Shown here: piece by piece, positions 16,985 to 30,979 of the stretch
Layout: each line of letters begins with the position of its first letter
Position numbering within the stretch: position 1 is the first letter of the stretch
NCBI RefSeq assembly: GCF_006345805.1
Contig: NC_043004.1
Span: 61,318,001 to 61,382,000, forward strand
DNA: 64,000 bases
Source: Octopus sinensis
Taxonomy: Eukaryota
Direction of reading: 5' to 3'
Notes under the pieces: generated by a model
Databases searched by the model: none
Seen by the model: only the letters and a program-made list of their open reading frames with translations
What the model was told of the DNA's origin: nothing
Translations under genes and position numbers: made by a program

Positions 16985-17351
16985 TATAATATATATATAC
17001 AAATTGAGATAGGGGTTGTAAATTCAACCCTCCATGGGATAACATATATCCAATATACTGCTAGTGAAGTACCCAACAAGATGTAATCTATATCTATAAT
17101 TATATTTACATTTACTTATATTTATATTCTCTTATATATATTCTACTTATTGTATAACATTACTCTTTTATGTACACTTTTTCATGTATACTCCTTTATG
17201 TATACTGTTTTGCTCTACTTTTTTATGTTTAACCCTATAGTTTCTTATGTGGTGGTTTAATAAAGTATGTGATTGAGTATTATCTGGTAATTGATATTTG
17301 ATTTAGATGTATTTCTCCATTTTCTTATTTTGAATTATATATATATATATA

Positions 17352-17423
<72 letters not shown>

Positions 17424-17434
17424 ATATATAATAT

Positions 17435-17466
<32 letters not shown>

Positions 17467-18117
17467 ATATATATATATATATTTATATATATATAATTAA
17501 ATGGTGTTGATATGTTTATGACCTGCAAATTAGTAATTCGGCAAAAGAAACCGATATAATATGTAGTAGGCTTGAAAAGTCCTGGTGTTGATTTGTTCGA
17601 CTAAAATCTTCCATGGTTGTCCTGCAGCATGTCTGCAGTGAAATGACTGACACAAGTAAAAAAAAAAAGAATAAAGATAATAAAGCGTATGTAAAGAGAA
17701 TGAATTTAAGAAGCTATCCAGAGATATATTTCTGTCTTATTATATCTCTACCTTGAAGCGTAACTTATTCCTTATTTGTTGAGAAGACAAATTGTCATTC
17801 GAAAATGATTAGAGTACCTGTCTCTTACAGTGAATTAAAGTTTTCTTTTCCTCAAACCTAAATATTATTTAAATTAGATTAAATTAAATTATTTCACTCA
17901 CAAAATGATGCATTTATAATATTGTGTCAATAGTTAATCTTTTATATGATGAAAAGTGAAAGATCTGATTTTAGTTGCTGTCGTAGAGTCATGAACAATA
18001 AATTGATTAGTTTATTCTGGTAAGATGTAAATAAATGTTTTCTTCCTGGCCGTATCTTACGGAACAGATACGATTAAAAGACTTCCATTTGTGACCATAA
18101 GAATACTTCTGAAAGAT

Positions 18118-18289
18118 AGCCGCAGGAGTGGCTGTGTGGTAAGTAGCTTGCTAACCAACCACATGGTTCCGGGTTCAGTCCCACTGCGTGGCATCTTGGG
18201 CAAGTGTCTTTTGCTATAGCCCCGGGCCGACCAATGCCTTGTGAGTGGATTTGGTAGACGGAAACTGAGAGAAGCCTGTCGTATGTATG

Positions 18290-18343
<54 letters not shown>

Positions 18344-18569
18344 TGTGTGTGTATATGTTTGTGTGTCTGTGTTTGTCCCCCTAGCATTGCTTGACAACCG
18401 ATGCTGGTGTGTTTACTTCCTCATCACTTAGCGGTTCGGCAAAAGAGACCGATAGAATAAGTACTGGGCTTACAAAGAATAAGTCTCGGGGTCGATTTGC
18501 TAGACTAAAGGCGGTGCTCCAGCATGGCCGCAGTCATATGACTGAAACAAGTAAAAGAGTAAAAAGAGT
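18118..18569 (+). mobile_element. SINE B, full length
   Basis: CGCAGGAGTGGCTGTGTGGTAAG head, internal (TA)n, TAAAAGAG tail. Confidence 0.9.
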
Positions 18570-18912
18570 ATATAAGAATACCTCTGAAAGAGGGTAGGGT
18601 ATAGTTTGAGGGAAATTTGACCGTTGTTTAATGCAGATCAATCAATGAAGTAAGAGAACTATTTGTTGTATTGTGAACCTGTATACCCTCCGGTAAAAAG
18701 TGGTGGTACCCGGTTGAAGAGAAGGTAGAAGGTCGAGAGAATGTGAATACTGTGATAAAAGTAGTGCCAGTGGTGATATGGTAATTGTACTGTGATGCTG
18801 AGTGGACGTTATAACGATCCAACCCTTTGAGGATAATAACATTGTATGACTGGGGTTCATGCAGTGCCAGATGGAACTATTCTATCGACGTCTCCGGAAT
18901 AAAACAATATAT

Positions 18913-19144
18913 ATTTCTTTACTACCCACAAGGGGCTAAACACAGAGGGGACAAACAAGGACAGACAAACGGATTAAGTCGATTATATTGACCCCAGTGC
19001 GTAACTGGTACTTAATTTATCGACCCCGAAAGGATGAAAGGCAAAGTCGACCTCGGCGGAATTTGAACCCCGAACGTAACGGCAGACGAAATACGGCTAC
19101 GCAATTCGCCCGGCGTGCTAACGTTTCTGCCAGCTCGCCACCTT
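18913..19144 (-). mobile_element. SINE A, full length, TAAAGAAAT-tailed variant
   Basis: Reverse complement: AAGGTGGCGAGCTGGCAGAAACGTTAGCACGCCGGGCG...GGGGTCAATATAATCGACTTAATCCGTTTGTCTGTCC...GTAGTAAAGAAAT. Confidence 0.9.
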
Positions 19145-19928
19145 TATAAAACAATAAACAATATAACCGTCGTCAATAAATAAAACAATATAACCGTCGT
19201 CAAAAGACAGATACAAAAGTGGTAAAAGACTGCTTTAGAACACTATTGTACAACCTAGTCGTGGCACTATGATTTATTTTTAGCGTTACTTGGTTCAATG
19301 TGGCAACCACCAACCAGTCCGATTTTAAAAGAATAGATAGTTCTCTCTCCTTCTACTTCTTCCCTGTTAGATATAGGACAACAGGTGACATAAAATGTAA
19401 AGAAGCTCGCATATGCAAGTAGACATGTACACAAATATGCATGCACATACGTGCAGGCATGTAAATATACACTCACAGTGAGACACATACACACTTCATA
19501 TGATTTTAACATGCACATACACACACATACACACGCACACACACCTGTACCTATTGCTATCACTCACGCATATCTATCTACCGTCACTCTTTTCCCTCAT
19601 GGCAACACATCACCAGGAATTTTGTCATGCGTAGACACCTCACTAAAGCCATATGGTCCGAAAACGGCATCTCATAAAACATCAGTCGTCACTTTATTTT
19701 ATCGTGAAGACCCCTCACTATCCATGAACATCACCCTACTCCACGATGACGATATCTAATAAAACATCTGTCACACTACAACAACGATATTTCACCAAAC
19801 GTCACCCATCACATTTTTCTACGACGGTGACACCTCACCCTTCATGTGTCGCAGCTTGTACAAACTCGACGATAACTTAGCAATCGTTGACATCATCTCA
19901 TTCGATGATGACGATACCTTACCTTCTC

Positions 19929-20178
19929 GAGCAATGGCTCATAAGGGCCGGTTTCCCGGTTTCCTTGGCGTATAGGTTCCCCCCCTGGACGGGACGCCGG
20001 TCCGTTGCAGGTGAGCTGCAGGATACAGGAGGAAAGATTGAGAGAATGTTATGGCGAAAGAGTCAGCAGAAGTTTGCCATTACCTTCTGCCGGAGCAGCG
20101 TGGAGCTTAGGTGTTTCGCTCATAAACACACACACATTGCCCGGTCCGCTGCTCTAACTATTTGGCCATGTGCCTCCA
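19929..20178 (-). mobile_element. tRNA-derived SINE family C, internally deleted
   Basis: Reverse complement shares the TGGAGGC head and the GGAC(T/C)GGCGTCCCGTCCAG...GAAACCGGGAAACCGG segment with 29575-29880. Confidence 0.78.
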
Positions 20179-21192
20179 CGATGATTCCTTACCAACCATC
20201 AACTGTCAGTGTGTACAATCCTCAACAACCCGTCAAACATCAATCATTATTTCATTCTACCACCGCTTCTCGAAGAAACAAGAAAACTTTTTATATCTAC
20301 TCTGCGGCTTCAGGAAGCAGTGATCATCTGTTTTTACCTACGACGGCAACGCCTCATTAGACATTGATTTATGCGATTAAAGTTCTTTTAGTGTAGATAA
20401 ACATTTTAAGTGTTAATATATTCTCAAAGGAAGAAGTAGGTATTCTGGAATATGCAACCAAACAAGATTAATTTGAAATTAAATAAACCAGATAACATCA
20501 CGTAAGGTAAGCCCTCTAGAGCAAAACTGGCTCGAGGCACAGAAGAGGGAAAAACATTATATTGTTTTGAGTTGATTATATTTATACTAAATTTTTTTGA
20601 AATACCTTATTCTAGAAAAGTTGGATTTAGCATGAGATATATTCTATTCTTCACACTTTTAATTGATTATTGGATGTTTGAGAGCTCAGGCAATTACATC
20701 AATAAAAAATGCATAGATATAGCCATACGTACAACAGAAATACACACAACGCTCACATTTAAAGTAAAAACTTGTTTACATTTATAATACATCCATACAC
20801 ACACTCACAAACGCAAACATACTCACACACATATACATATACATGCGCGTATGTCACACATATATGCACACACGTATATATGCATAAAACACGTACATAC
20901 ATAAATTAATACACACTCACACCTCACACACAAAAAAATTTACCTTAAGGTAAATTTCACTTGTTTGCTTTAATTAATCCTTTTTTCTGACGTCATAGCT
21001 CCAAAGTTTTTACGTAACTTAACGATTTTCCCTCAACTTCTATTATCTCTCATTCTACAATTTTAAATGTATCTTTTATCAAGATATGTAAGATTTTAAA
21101 CTAACAGAGACGTACGTGGCACGCGGTAACCCTACAAAAATGCTTAAAAGAAATATTTGAAAAGTAAATAGATATAAAATATGTTGTTGTTG

Positions 21193-21262
<70 letters not shown>

Positions 21263-21272
21263 CATTATTATT

Positions 21273-21696
21273 AAACAGTAAGAAGAGTGCGACTGTTATA
21301 GAATGAACAATATTTCGCCATCGCCTGTGTCTTCCACAAGTTCAAAGTAAACATCTCGAGACATTGTTCATTCGATAACAGTCGCACTCTTATTGTTTTT
21401 TTTACTTTCTGGAGGAGTAACATCAATCTTTTAAATATTATTATTATTATGATTATAATTATTATTATTATTATTATTATCATTATTATTAAACAGTAAG
21501 AAGAGTGCGACTGTTATAGAATGAACAATATTTCGCCATCGCCTGTGTCTTCCACAAGTTCAAAGTAAACATCTCGAGACATTGTTCATTCGATAACAGT
21601 CGCACTCTTATTGTTTTTTTACTTTCTGGAGGAGTAACATCAATCTTTTAAATATTATTATTATTATGATTATAATTATTATTATTATTATTATAA
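21273..21696. repeat. 218-bp tandem duplication; each unit carries a 29-bp inverted-repeat hairpin (MITE-like)
   Basis: Arms 21283-21311/21363-21391 and 21501-21529/21581-21609 (AAGAGTGCGACTGTTAT[A/C]GAATGAACAAT, 1 mismatch), 51-nt spacer. Units joined by ATT tracts. Confidence 0.88.
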
Positions 21697-21698
21697 TT

Positions 21699-21913
21699 AA
21701 GGTGGTGAGCTGGCAGAATCGTTAGCATGCCGAGCGAAATGCCTTATGTTATTTCGTCTGCTACTACGTCCTGAGTTCAAATTCCGCCGCGGTCGTCTAT
21801 GACGTTCATCCTTTCGGGGTTGATAAAACAAGTAACATTTGAACACTGGGGTCGATGTAATCGACTTGTTCCCTCCTCCAAAACGGTTGCCCTTGTGACA
21901 AAATTTGAAACCA
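21699..21913 (+). mobile_element. SINE A (ATT-tailed variant)
   Basis: Head AAGGTGGTGAGCTGGCAGAATCG, box B GTTCAAATTCC; ATT on both flanks. Confidence 0.88.
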
Positions 21914-21927
21914 CTATTATTATTATT

Positions 21928-22310
21928 GAGTGAGAGAGCAGTTCATGCCATCAAAGTGACACTGGGGTAAAATATACGAAGCCCAATATACCAATCATGA
22001 CTACCCGTCTGATAAGGGTACATCAGAGACATGCATCACAACCATATGTGCGCGACATGGTGATCTCATATCAAGATAAACAGCACATGACCTTGCAGGT
22101 GGGGCCCAGTTAGAATTTTCTTCAGGTTGAGTAGCCCATCCCGCTCAAACGGTTCCTGAATAAGGGTTGTTTAAGGATGTTGAAAGAACCACCCATGTTT
22201 CCAGAGGTGAATTATTCAAACCCCAAAGAATCCCTCTCAACACATGGCTATGATGCTCCCCCACTACTTCTGCTCGTGATCAGAGATGCACATATCGTCA
22301 GCCACTAAGG
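21928..22310 (-). mobile_element. Element B, partial copy
   Basis: GAGTGAGAGAGCAG...GTCAGCCACTAAGG is the reverse complement of the distal ~380 bp of element B; ATT tracts on both flanks. Confidence 0.85.
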
Positions 22311-24583
22311 TCAATTATTATTATTATTATTATTATTATTAGTAGTAGTAGTAGTAGTAGTATTATTATTATTACTATCGTCTTCATTTCGATACTTTAC
22401 ATGTAGTATTAGAGCATGAAATATATGCTGCCAACGAAACGTGTTTGCTAACTGATTTCAAAATCTCCCATTCGGGCCAGCTTGAGAACCGCTATGCACT
22501 CGCATGATCTGCTGAGAAGGAAAAAGTCTTATTATGTATACGGTAATAGATACATAAATGTATGCGTTAGTCACCAGCAAAGGTAGGTATTGATAACTCG
22601 CTAGCTAAATGCATGCCCTAAAAATCACAAATTCACATTCCGTATTAATTCTAGCTTTTGTAGTTATAAGGAAGATACATTGATTGCCTGTGGAGTAGAG
22701 AATCTCGCTTTGCAAAGACGGCCTTATTGGGGGCAATATCTAGGATAGAATACAGCCTAACAACGCGCATTGTACTATCAATACGGCGCTGGTGGTGTAG
22801 AACATAGCAGCAGACCAATATATACAATACAACCATAGTGGAGCATCACGTATGATCCAGGATAACATTGAAATATTAGATCTCTAATCAAATACACCCC
22901 TGATCGAATAGAGCTATGATAAAATAAAAATAAAAAATATCAACCAAGTCATAAACAAACATTTCTTAGTAGTGATGTATTTTTATTATTTTTTTGTGTA
23001 GCTTTGCTTGTTATTTCAGGTTAATCAACGGTCCACATAGAGTTTTCTATATCTTCTGTTTTTTATTGTGAATGTATAATTGAATGTTGGTAACTAAAAT
23101 GAAGCCCAAATGGCAAAAAAGAAACAAACAAGCAATAGGGGATAATTGTTATACATGAGTCACTATCCAAATAGGCTCGTATAAACAAGCTAGATATCAT
23201 TACTACAGCTCCGCCTTGGCTTTGAATTAAATCGCCATTCTCTTCCTCACAGCAGAAGATGCATGCTCACGGTGCCAAGAATTGGAGTTGCATATGAAAC
23301 TATGTGTTTAGGAAGCGAAGCAAAATTCAAAACACAGCCATACATGCATACGTGATTGTAGGAACTTATAATTGCGAAGTAGATAATAAAAAAAAACACA
23401 CACCCGCATATGGAAGTATAGCCTCACTTCACACCATCACAGCCACACACAATTTCCTTGGAATACTTATGGTTATCAATTGAATCCGATGGAAACTATA
23501 CATAAGCTAACATATACAGGCTATGCCAAAGAAAATAATTTCGGTAATGTAAGTAAGGTTCTCATCTTTCCCTCTATTGAAATTTAATGAGAGAACATTT
23601 CTACAGACATGTCAGCATTGAACGAAATATATGGAATTGAATGCATTAAGAAGCATGCTTATAGGGGTAAATTCTAATAATTCCTGGCAACACTTCGTAA
23701 TTCTATACTGAAATTAATGTCTATAATTGCTTTCAATCTCATGTTGAATACTTCTATGGAAAAAAAGTATGTATGTATTTGTATATATATGTATGTATGT
23801 CAGTGTGTGCATGTGTGTGTATATATATACATATATGTATGTACACATATATAGGTATATGTAGTTAATGACATACGCATGTTTATGCGTTATATAAGTA
23901 CACATACACACACATATAAAGATGCACAAATACATATACATATATGTATACGTATGTACATATATACCTCCATAAACACACACATATATATATATTTGTG
24001 TGTGTACATATTTATATATACATAAGTAAATGCGTTATGTATGCGTATATACACACAAATCTCTATGTGTGTGTGTGTGTGTGTGTGTGCATATTTCTCT
24101 TACGGTTGAAATATTTACATGTAATTGAATTCCTTCCAAGTGGATTTTACGATTTTAATAGTTATTATATTTCAGGGCTGAAAGTGTTCTGTGGCTTATT
24201 GGAATGGTTAATTATAAGTTTCCGCTTCCCTTTTTTCTCAATTTATACAGACAAATCTCAAGTACAAATACGAACAGCATGATTTGAAGGTGGTTGAGGT
24301 ATTTGAGAACTACCACATTAAATTAAGGTAGTTCATGTCTCCTTGTCTCCAATGTATACTGAACACTATGTTCTCTAGCAATGTTTCATTTAATTGTTTT
24401 TTAAATGACTTCATTAATAGCAATTAAAATGCCGTTATTGTAGTGTAGTCTTACAACTGAATAGCGTTCCTTGGCCTAATCGTATTAAGCAGTTTATATA
24501 TTGTTTCCGGTAGAGCGTTGTTTTGTCTGTAGATATCACACATTATAAAAGCATAGGCTTTTTATATGTAACTACGTTATAAT

Positions 24584-24980
24584 AGGCGCAGGAGTGGCTG
24601 TGTGGTAAGTAGCTTGCTTACCAACCACATGGTTCCGGGTTCAGTCCCACTGCGTGGCACCTTGGGCAAGTGTCTTCTACTATAGCCTCGGGCCGACCAA
24701 AGCCTTGTGAGTGGATTTGGTAGCTCGTCGTATATATGTATATATATGTATATATGTGTGCGTGTATGTTTGTGTGTCTGTGTTTGTCCCCCTAGCATTG
24801 CTTGACAACCGATGCTGTTGTGTTTATGTCCCCGTCACTTAGCGGTTCAGCAAAAGAGACCGATAGAATAAGTACTGGGCTCACAAAGAATAAGTCCCGG
24901 GGTCGAGTTGCTCGATTAAAGGTGGTGCTCCAGCATAGCCACAGTCAAATGACTGAAACAAGTAAAAGAGTAAAGAGTAA
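24584..24980 (+). mobile_element. SINE B with small internal deletion
   Basis: AGGCGCAGGAGTGGCTGTGTGG head; TAAAAGAGTAAAGAG tail. Confidence 0.9.
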
Positions 24981-25266
24981 ATAATTACATACAGTAGAGT
25001 AAGGAAAAAGAAACTGCCTGTTGTATGCTGAAGTCTTTCGTTGGAATGGTGTTGTCAATTTTATCAAGATAGGAATTGCAACCTGTCAGAAACCATTTTG
25101 CCGAAGCAATCGTCATTGAGATTTTATTTAAAATTTAAAATGAGGCATTATGTGGCGCACATAACTATCAAAAATTTGGTAAGAGGATTAAGCCTGGGAT
25201 TGCTTTATGACAAATCTTTTGTAGCCATCATTTGCTTAATTATTGTGTAGACTAACCATACTATAT

Positions 25267-25468
25267 TACACCAGTAATATATACGACTCTGTTCAGTTGA
25301 CTATAGCCCCGTTATCAGAAACGGAGCGTTGATATAATTAGGTTTTGATGCTTATTTAGCCCTTTGTCATAGCTAACAGCAGGGACCTATGATGAAATTA
25401 TCTAATATATTCGAGGGCAGACAAGTTATACGTTTTCCTATAAACACAATCTTTCTGGGTTACAATGT
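25267..25468. repeat. Unclassified ~200-bp dispersed repeat, copy 2
   Basis: Homologous to 7604-7829. Confidence 0.8.
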
Positions 25469-26147
25469 ACAAATTTCTCAAGATGATAGGGTATAATCTG
25501 AGAGGTACTTGGCTGTTATGTTTGACACATCGACCAGGGGAAGAGAATATACTTCTTTCATGCGTGAAAAATGCCTTCATGTTGTAATATATGTATATGT
25601 TCTCGTATTTAGTTTTACAAGCATTTTGGAGAAGTATCTCAAGGTAATTATTTGGTATTTAAGTAACACGACGCAATATTTTAAAAACCGTAATTTTAGA
25701 AATTATTAATCAGAATTAGTAGATTAAAAAATAATCATTAAAACTTGACGTCAAGCTGTGAACATCATTTGAAATAACCAATTAATATTAACACTTACAT
25801 CAAAAAATGTTTGGAAATCTTCAGAAAGTTATGCGGGAGGCAAAATGATTTATAGAGATCAACTACTTAAGAATCAATCGGATAATTATGCTTTTGATAA
25901 CGTTCTAATCACGTGCTTTTGATAGAAGTAGGATTACAAAAGTGAATTTTGTGAGGAATTCGTATTGCGTGAAACGTAATGCATTTTAGATTTTGAGTTA
26001 AGGCCCATTAGCATCTGCGATTAAATCCCACCATAGGGTCAGATTTATCTAATATCATTCAGCTATATACGCACCAGTGAAAATATTGGGAATACGTAAT
26101 CGACTGTATTCTTCCCATAAATGTTATCATGCACCTATTTTAGAAAA

Positions 26148-26181
<34 letters not shown>

Positions 26182-26700
26182 GGAGAAAGCGGCGAGCTGG
26201 CAGAGTCGTTGGCATGCTGGAAGAAATGTTTAGTGGTATCTCGCCCGTCGCTACGTTCTCGGTTCGAATTCAGCCGAGGTCGACTTTGTATTTCATCCTT
26301 TCGGAGTGAATAGATTAAGTACCAGTGAAACACTGGAGTTGATGGGGTCGACTCGCTCCCCACCGCCCCATAGTTCAGGCGTTGTGGTTGTACCTATAGT
26401 AGAAGTGGTTATTATTATAATTGGTGAAATGCCGCTAAGCATTTTGCCCGGTGTGCTAACTCTTAGCCGTCTTGCTGCGTTAATATTGATTTCAACTTTT
26501 GGCGTAAAGCCAATAAGTAGGGGGAAGGAAATGAGTTAATTACATCGATCCCGGTGTTCAACTGGTGCATATTTCTTCGACCCCGAAAAATTTGAAAGGT
26601 ACGGTGGAACTCGGTGAAATTTCAACTCGGAATGTAAAGACGTTTGAAATACTGCTAAGCATTTTGCCCGTCGTTCTGACAACTCTGCCAGCTCGCCAAC
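26182..26700. mobile_element. SINE A cluster: + copy 26182-26409, then minus-strand copies ~26422-26475 and ~26480-26700 (convergent)
   Basis: The + copy has the head and GGGGTCGA core; the minus copies end in CTGCCAGCTCGCCAAC and contain ACATCGATCCCGG/TCGACCCCGA. Confidence 0.8.
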
Positions 26701-27707
26701 TTTCGTCGTCTTAGTATTAACACAAAAGAAACTTGGACATTTAAATGCTTGTGTTGGGACGCTGAGTTATTCGTGTTTTAACATTACAATAAACTACTTA
26801 AGATGAATTTATAGGGGATTCTACCGACATTTAATTTCTTATAGCACTCAAACTAGAAATTCTTAAATGCAATGAAATTATATTTTAAATTAAAAAGCAA
26901 ATGTGATTATTCTGAAAGAAAGAAATCAGAAAAAGATAATTGACAGTAAGCTTCGATTATGTTTTGCTAATTAAGAAATATGCAAATATTAAAAAATATG
27001 CAAATATGTGACTTGATGTACATAACACTTCTCAAGGATTTTTGATGAGTTTACTTTTGAACGTATTTTGCTACGAATCTTTTTCAACTATTTCGTCTTT
27101 TGCACAAAATAATTCCGATGAACGTATTTTCGGTGAATGCCACTTCGATAAATGTGCTATATAAACACACAGTCACTCTTGTTAATCAAAGTAGGTATTG
27201 GATGCACCCATCAATATTAAGTTAAGACTATCCCTGGTCTGAGTTTAAAAATTCAATACTTCAAAATAAAAATCTCTAGAAATCTATTTACCGGATATAT
27301 GTCCTGCAGGCTGAACTTTTAGCTCTTCAAGCCGAAATTCAATCAGGTGGAAGGGCCTGCGAAGTTCAAATACAATTCTATCTCTAGTGAATGAATAAAT
27401 AAATTTAAATGAAGGTTCGGGTATATTTCAGGGAATATTTATGATGTAGTTGTTCAGTCCAAGGTTAGAACCAAGCCAAATGACCTATAATCGAAAGTAA
27501 TTCATTAGTCTAAAACTTTGAGTGCTATGTAAACTTATATTAAGGACGAATCGTTCCGATTAAAGAGGACAAAATGCTATTCAAAGCAGTTGGTGGTACT
27601 TCTAGGATGTCAAATAACGTAGAGGCTTCCCCATAACGTGCAGTTTGTGTTGCCTGATATGTCTAAAAATTAGAAGCACGAATATATATATATATGTGTG
27701 TGTGTGT

Positions 27708-27780
<73 letters not shown>

Positions 27781-29574
27781 CAATTGAATTAATGCTTATC
27801 TGGAGGAAATCTTGTTTTTCTGTCTCTGCGAACACATCGGAGTCTCCTATTTGAGAAATAGAAACCAAATGAATCTCCATTGGGCTCTTGCTGCGAGACC
27901 GTTCCCCATTGAAAAGGAAGCATTGGCCTAGCGCCAATGCCATATATATTCGGGTTTGATACAGCGAATTGGTACAGTAGTTATATTTTTTGAGGTAAGT
28001 TTTGTAGTGGTTTTGCCAAATGTATCATATATCTCCTATTTCTTCAAATAATACTGAAGTCTTATTCCCCATTCCTCCTCTCCGGCACGATAAAGTGGAG
28101 TTACATCACCCAGTTCCTTTCTTTCCCTCAATCAACAGTACCTAAACGTGTCTGTACATCAAGTGAATTTGGTTGCTGTCTATAGCAGGCTGGTTTAGAC
28201 GCCCTTGAATACCTCCCTTTTTTGCAGGAATTAAACAAAGTTGCTGTTGTTCCCAAGAAAGCAGCAGAAACGAAGGAACATAGTTAAATACGGAAGCCAT
28301 AAACATATCCACTCTATTAAGTTTTAACTTTGAATCGCAAACTCTACGATCGCCTTCAATGACACTGTCATACTTTATGAAATCAACTGTTCGCTTGTTC
28401 ACTTGAAGGTATTCCCATCGCTCCTTAAAATTTAAGGATTTGAACTTAGAAAGTAATTAGTTGTAGCTGAAAGGTACAAATCATAGAATTAACCATCTGC
28501 CAAACAATTATTTTATTTATCCAGCTTATTAGTCGGAGAGCATGTGCTAGCAGCACGAAAACGTAACGTATTCATTGTTATTTTAGCTATGGTAGTAATT
28601 GACTTGTTAGCGAATGAATGATAAAATTCAACCTGAGGGAAGCGGGGTATTTATTTCAGAACTATTTTTGTTTTCCTTCAAAATCCATACAAATAACAGC
28701 AAGAAAATTTAATCATTTAAATTAGAGTGAATGTCTATTGGGAAAAAATATTTTCCATTTGGAAGAAACTTTAATCAAGGTTAAATACGAAGAAATATTT
28801 CAATATTTATAAACACACACACATGTATACACACACACACACCGACACACTCATAGGGACACACAGACACACACACAAAAAAATTGAAGTTAGATTGTAA
28901 AAATAACTGTAGCCCAAAGCATTTAACGATCATTAATTTCTTTTTTATTAGAAAGAAAAATAAATCTTGATGTTACTCTTTTCCACTTGTATTTTGCTGT
29001 CTTGTGAGATTTTTAAATAATGCTAGCGGTTCTAAAAGGAGGTAGAACGATGTTGCTAAGAAGTCTTATTGAATCCATATTATACTATTCAAACTTGAAA
29101 TTAAATATGCAGTTGGAAATCTGAAATTGTATCCATTTCTAAATATTGGAAGAGAGATAAAATATAAAACATCATATTGAATCTTGTAGGAAGAACTATA
29201 AATTACAAGTACACATGCGTCAGTCATCGAAATATGAGAATGATAGTCATCATAATAATGATAATCACTTAATTTTCTTTCTATCTTCCTATTTTTGCTT
29301 TACAATCCTTCTCGCTAGTCATACCATCACACAGAAAATTAATTATAATTCATACCAAAATATCACATTAGAAATTCTGTGAAATTACAAAGGGAGAAAA
29401 ATTAAAAACCCTGTGTACAGAGAAGTTTGAAAATTCTTCACTATCCACTCAACTTATCGTTTGGAACCAAAGCGGTATACACACACGCATAGATTTATAA
29501 GCATACGCACGCTCTCTTGCATACCAATAATCATTCCGTTTTACGAATATTAAGTGCATTAATATATACAAACA

Positions 29575-29880
29575 TGGAGGCGCAATGGTCCAGTGGTTAG
29601 GGCAGTGGACTCGCGGTCGGAGGATCGCGGTTTCGATTCCCAGACCGGATGTTGTGTGTGTTTATTGAGGGAAAACATCTAAAGCTGCACGAGGCCCCGG
29701 CAGGGGATGGTGGCGACCCCTGTTGTACTCTTTCGCCACACCTTTCTCTCACTCTCTCTTCCTGTTTCTTGAGTAACTCTGCGATGGACTGGCGTCTCGT
29801 CCAGCTGGGGGGAACACATACGCCACAGAAACCGGGAAACCGGGCCCATGAATCTGGTTAAGCTTCAAAAGGGCGAAAAA
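29575..29880 (+). mobile_element. tRNA-derived SINE family C, full length (central domain resembles MetaSINE-type)
   Basis: Box A TGGTCCAGTGG, box B GGTTTCGATTCCC, central GCGATGGACTGGCGTCTCGTCCAG...CAGAAACCGGGAAACCGG, A-rich end. The domain assignment is from recall and was not searched. Confidence 0.8.
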
Positions 29881-30874
29881 ATACACAAACACTCAAGCAC
29901 GCTTCCGTATCTGTGCGTGTGTGTCTCTGTGTGTGTATGTTTGTGTGTGTTTGCGTGTGTGTCCGCACGCGCCCGCACAAGTATATAGACAATGACATGC
30001 ATTCGCATACACCTAAAGACAATACCAAAGATCCAACTAAGCATATATGTACGTACCGCTATACACTCTGATAGCCTTTCTATTTTAAGCGTGTGTATAT
30101 ATACTTACACACACGCAAGCATTCATCCTCTTAAACCATACATTGTGATTCATTTCTATCACTTCAGTGTATACAAAGTCAAGCGGAAACATACATTTAT
30201 ATACCATTGAATTTTTTTCCATATATATATATATATATAAACAAGTCGAAATTGAGGTGAAGTGAAACAGGTGAAAACCAGGCTACATATTTCTCTGGAT
30301 AACCGATCTTCTGTAATAATTACTCGACGTGGGTTATTCATCTGCCTACTCAGCAGGGCAAGCATATCTTAAATGTATGACAGTTAGATAGTCGTTTGGG
30401 ATACCTATGTTAACACACCGTAAATATAAATTGATATGAGTGGTGATGCCGATAGAACCAGAGAAAAACAAATGTTTGAAGATCTAAAACTGTCAATTAG
30501 TAAGAAAAAGGGAAGGAAGAGGTCAAATATTTTGGATCTGAATGATGTTTACTATAAACGGTTTACTGTAGACATATTTAGGTGGATCTACTAGCGAGGA
30601 AACATAAGTAATCTGGACTTTAACTGTTCCACTCCCTCAAATTTGCTCTTTATTTAGATTTATACCAATTCTAGTTGCTAACCATGAGTTATACAAAAAT
30701 AATCAGCTAATTTGAATTTCCTCATGATTTCGATATGGAAATAAGTATGTAACGTTCATCGTCCATCAATTGTTATTGTTCCTGAACGTAAACTCTCCAC
30801 TTTTTGTTTCCTATACCTCCCACGGATTGCTTGAAGTTTACTAACTTCCTAAGCTTGGATCTCAACCCTTACAT

Positions 30875-30979
<105 letters not shown>

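Noticed and set aside
24251-24327. Candidate exon (good polypyrimidine acceptor, AG|GTAGTT donor; TNLKYKYEQHDLKVVEVFENYHIKL)
   Set aside because: At 77 nt it would frameshift the phase-0 junction between exons B and C, and it has no M13 similarity.
26980-27005. Two ATGCAAAT octamer motifs
   Set aside because: They arise from a short local duplication in very AT-rich DNA; no independent support for regulatory function.
27932-27994. Candidate exon ending in a strong GAG|GTAAGT donor
   Set aside because: Poor acceptor and no M13-like sequence; exons B and C already align contiguously.
29575-29650. Possible tRNA gene
   Set aside because: It is the head of SINE C: the acceptor stem is not recoverable and it runs into SINE body sequence. 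The same applies to SINE A and B heads.
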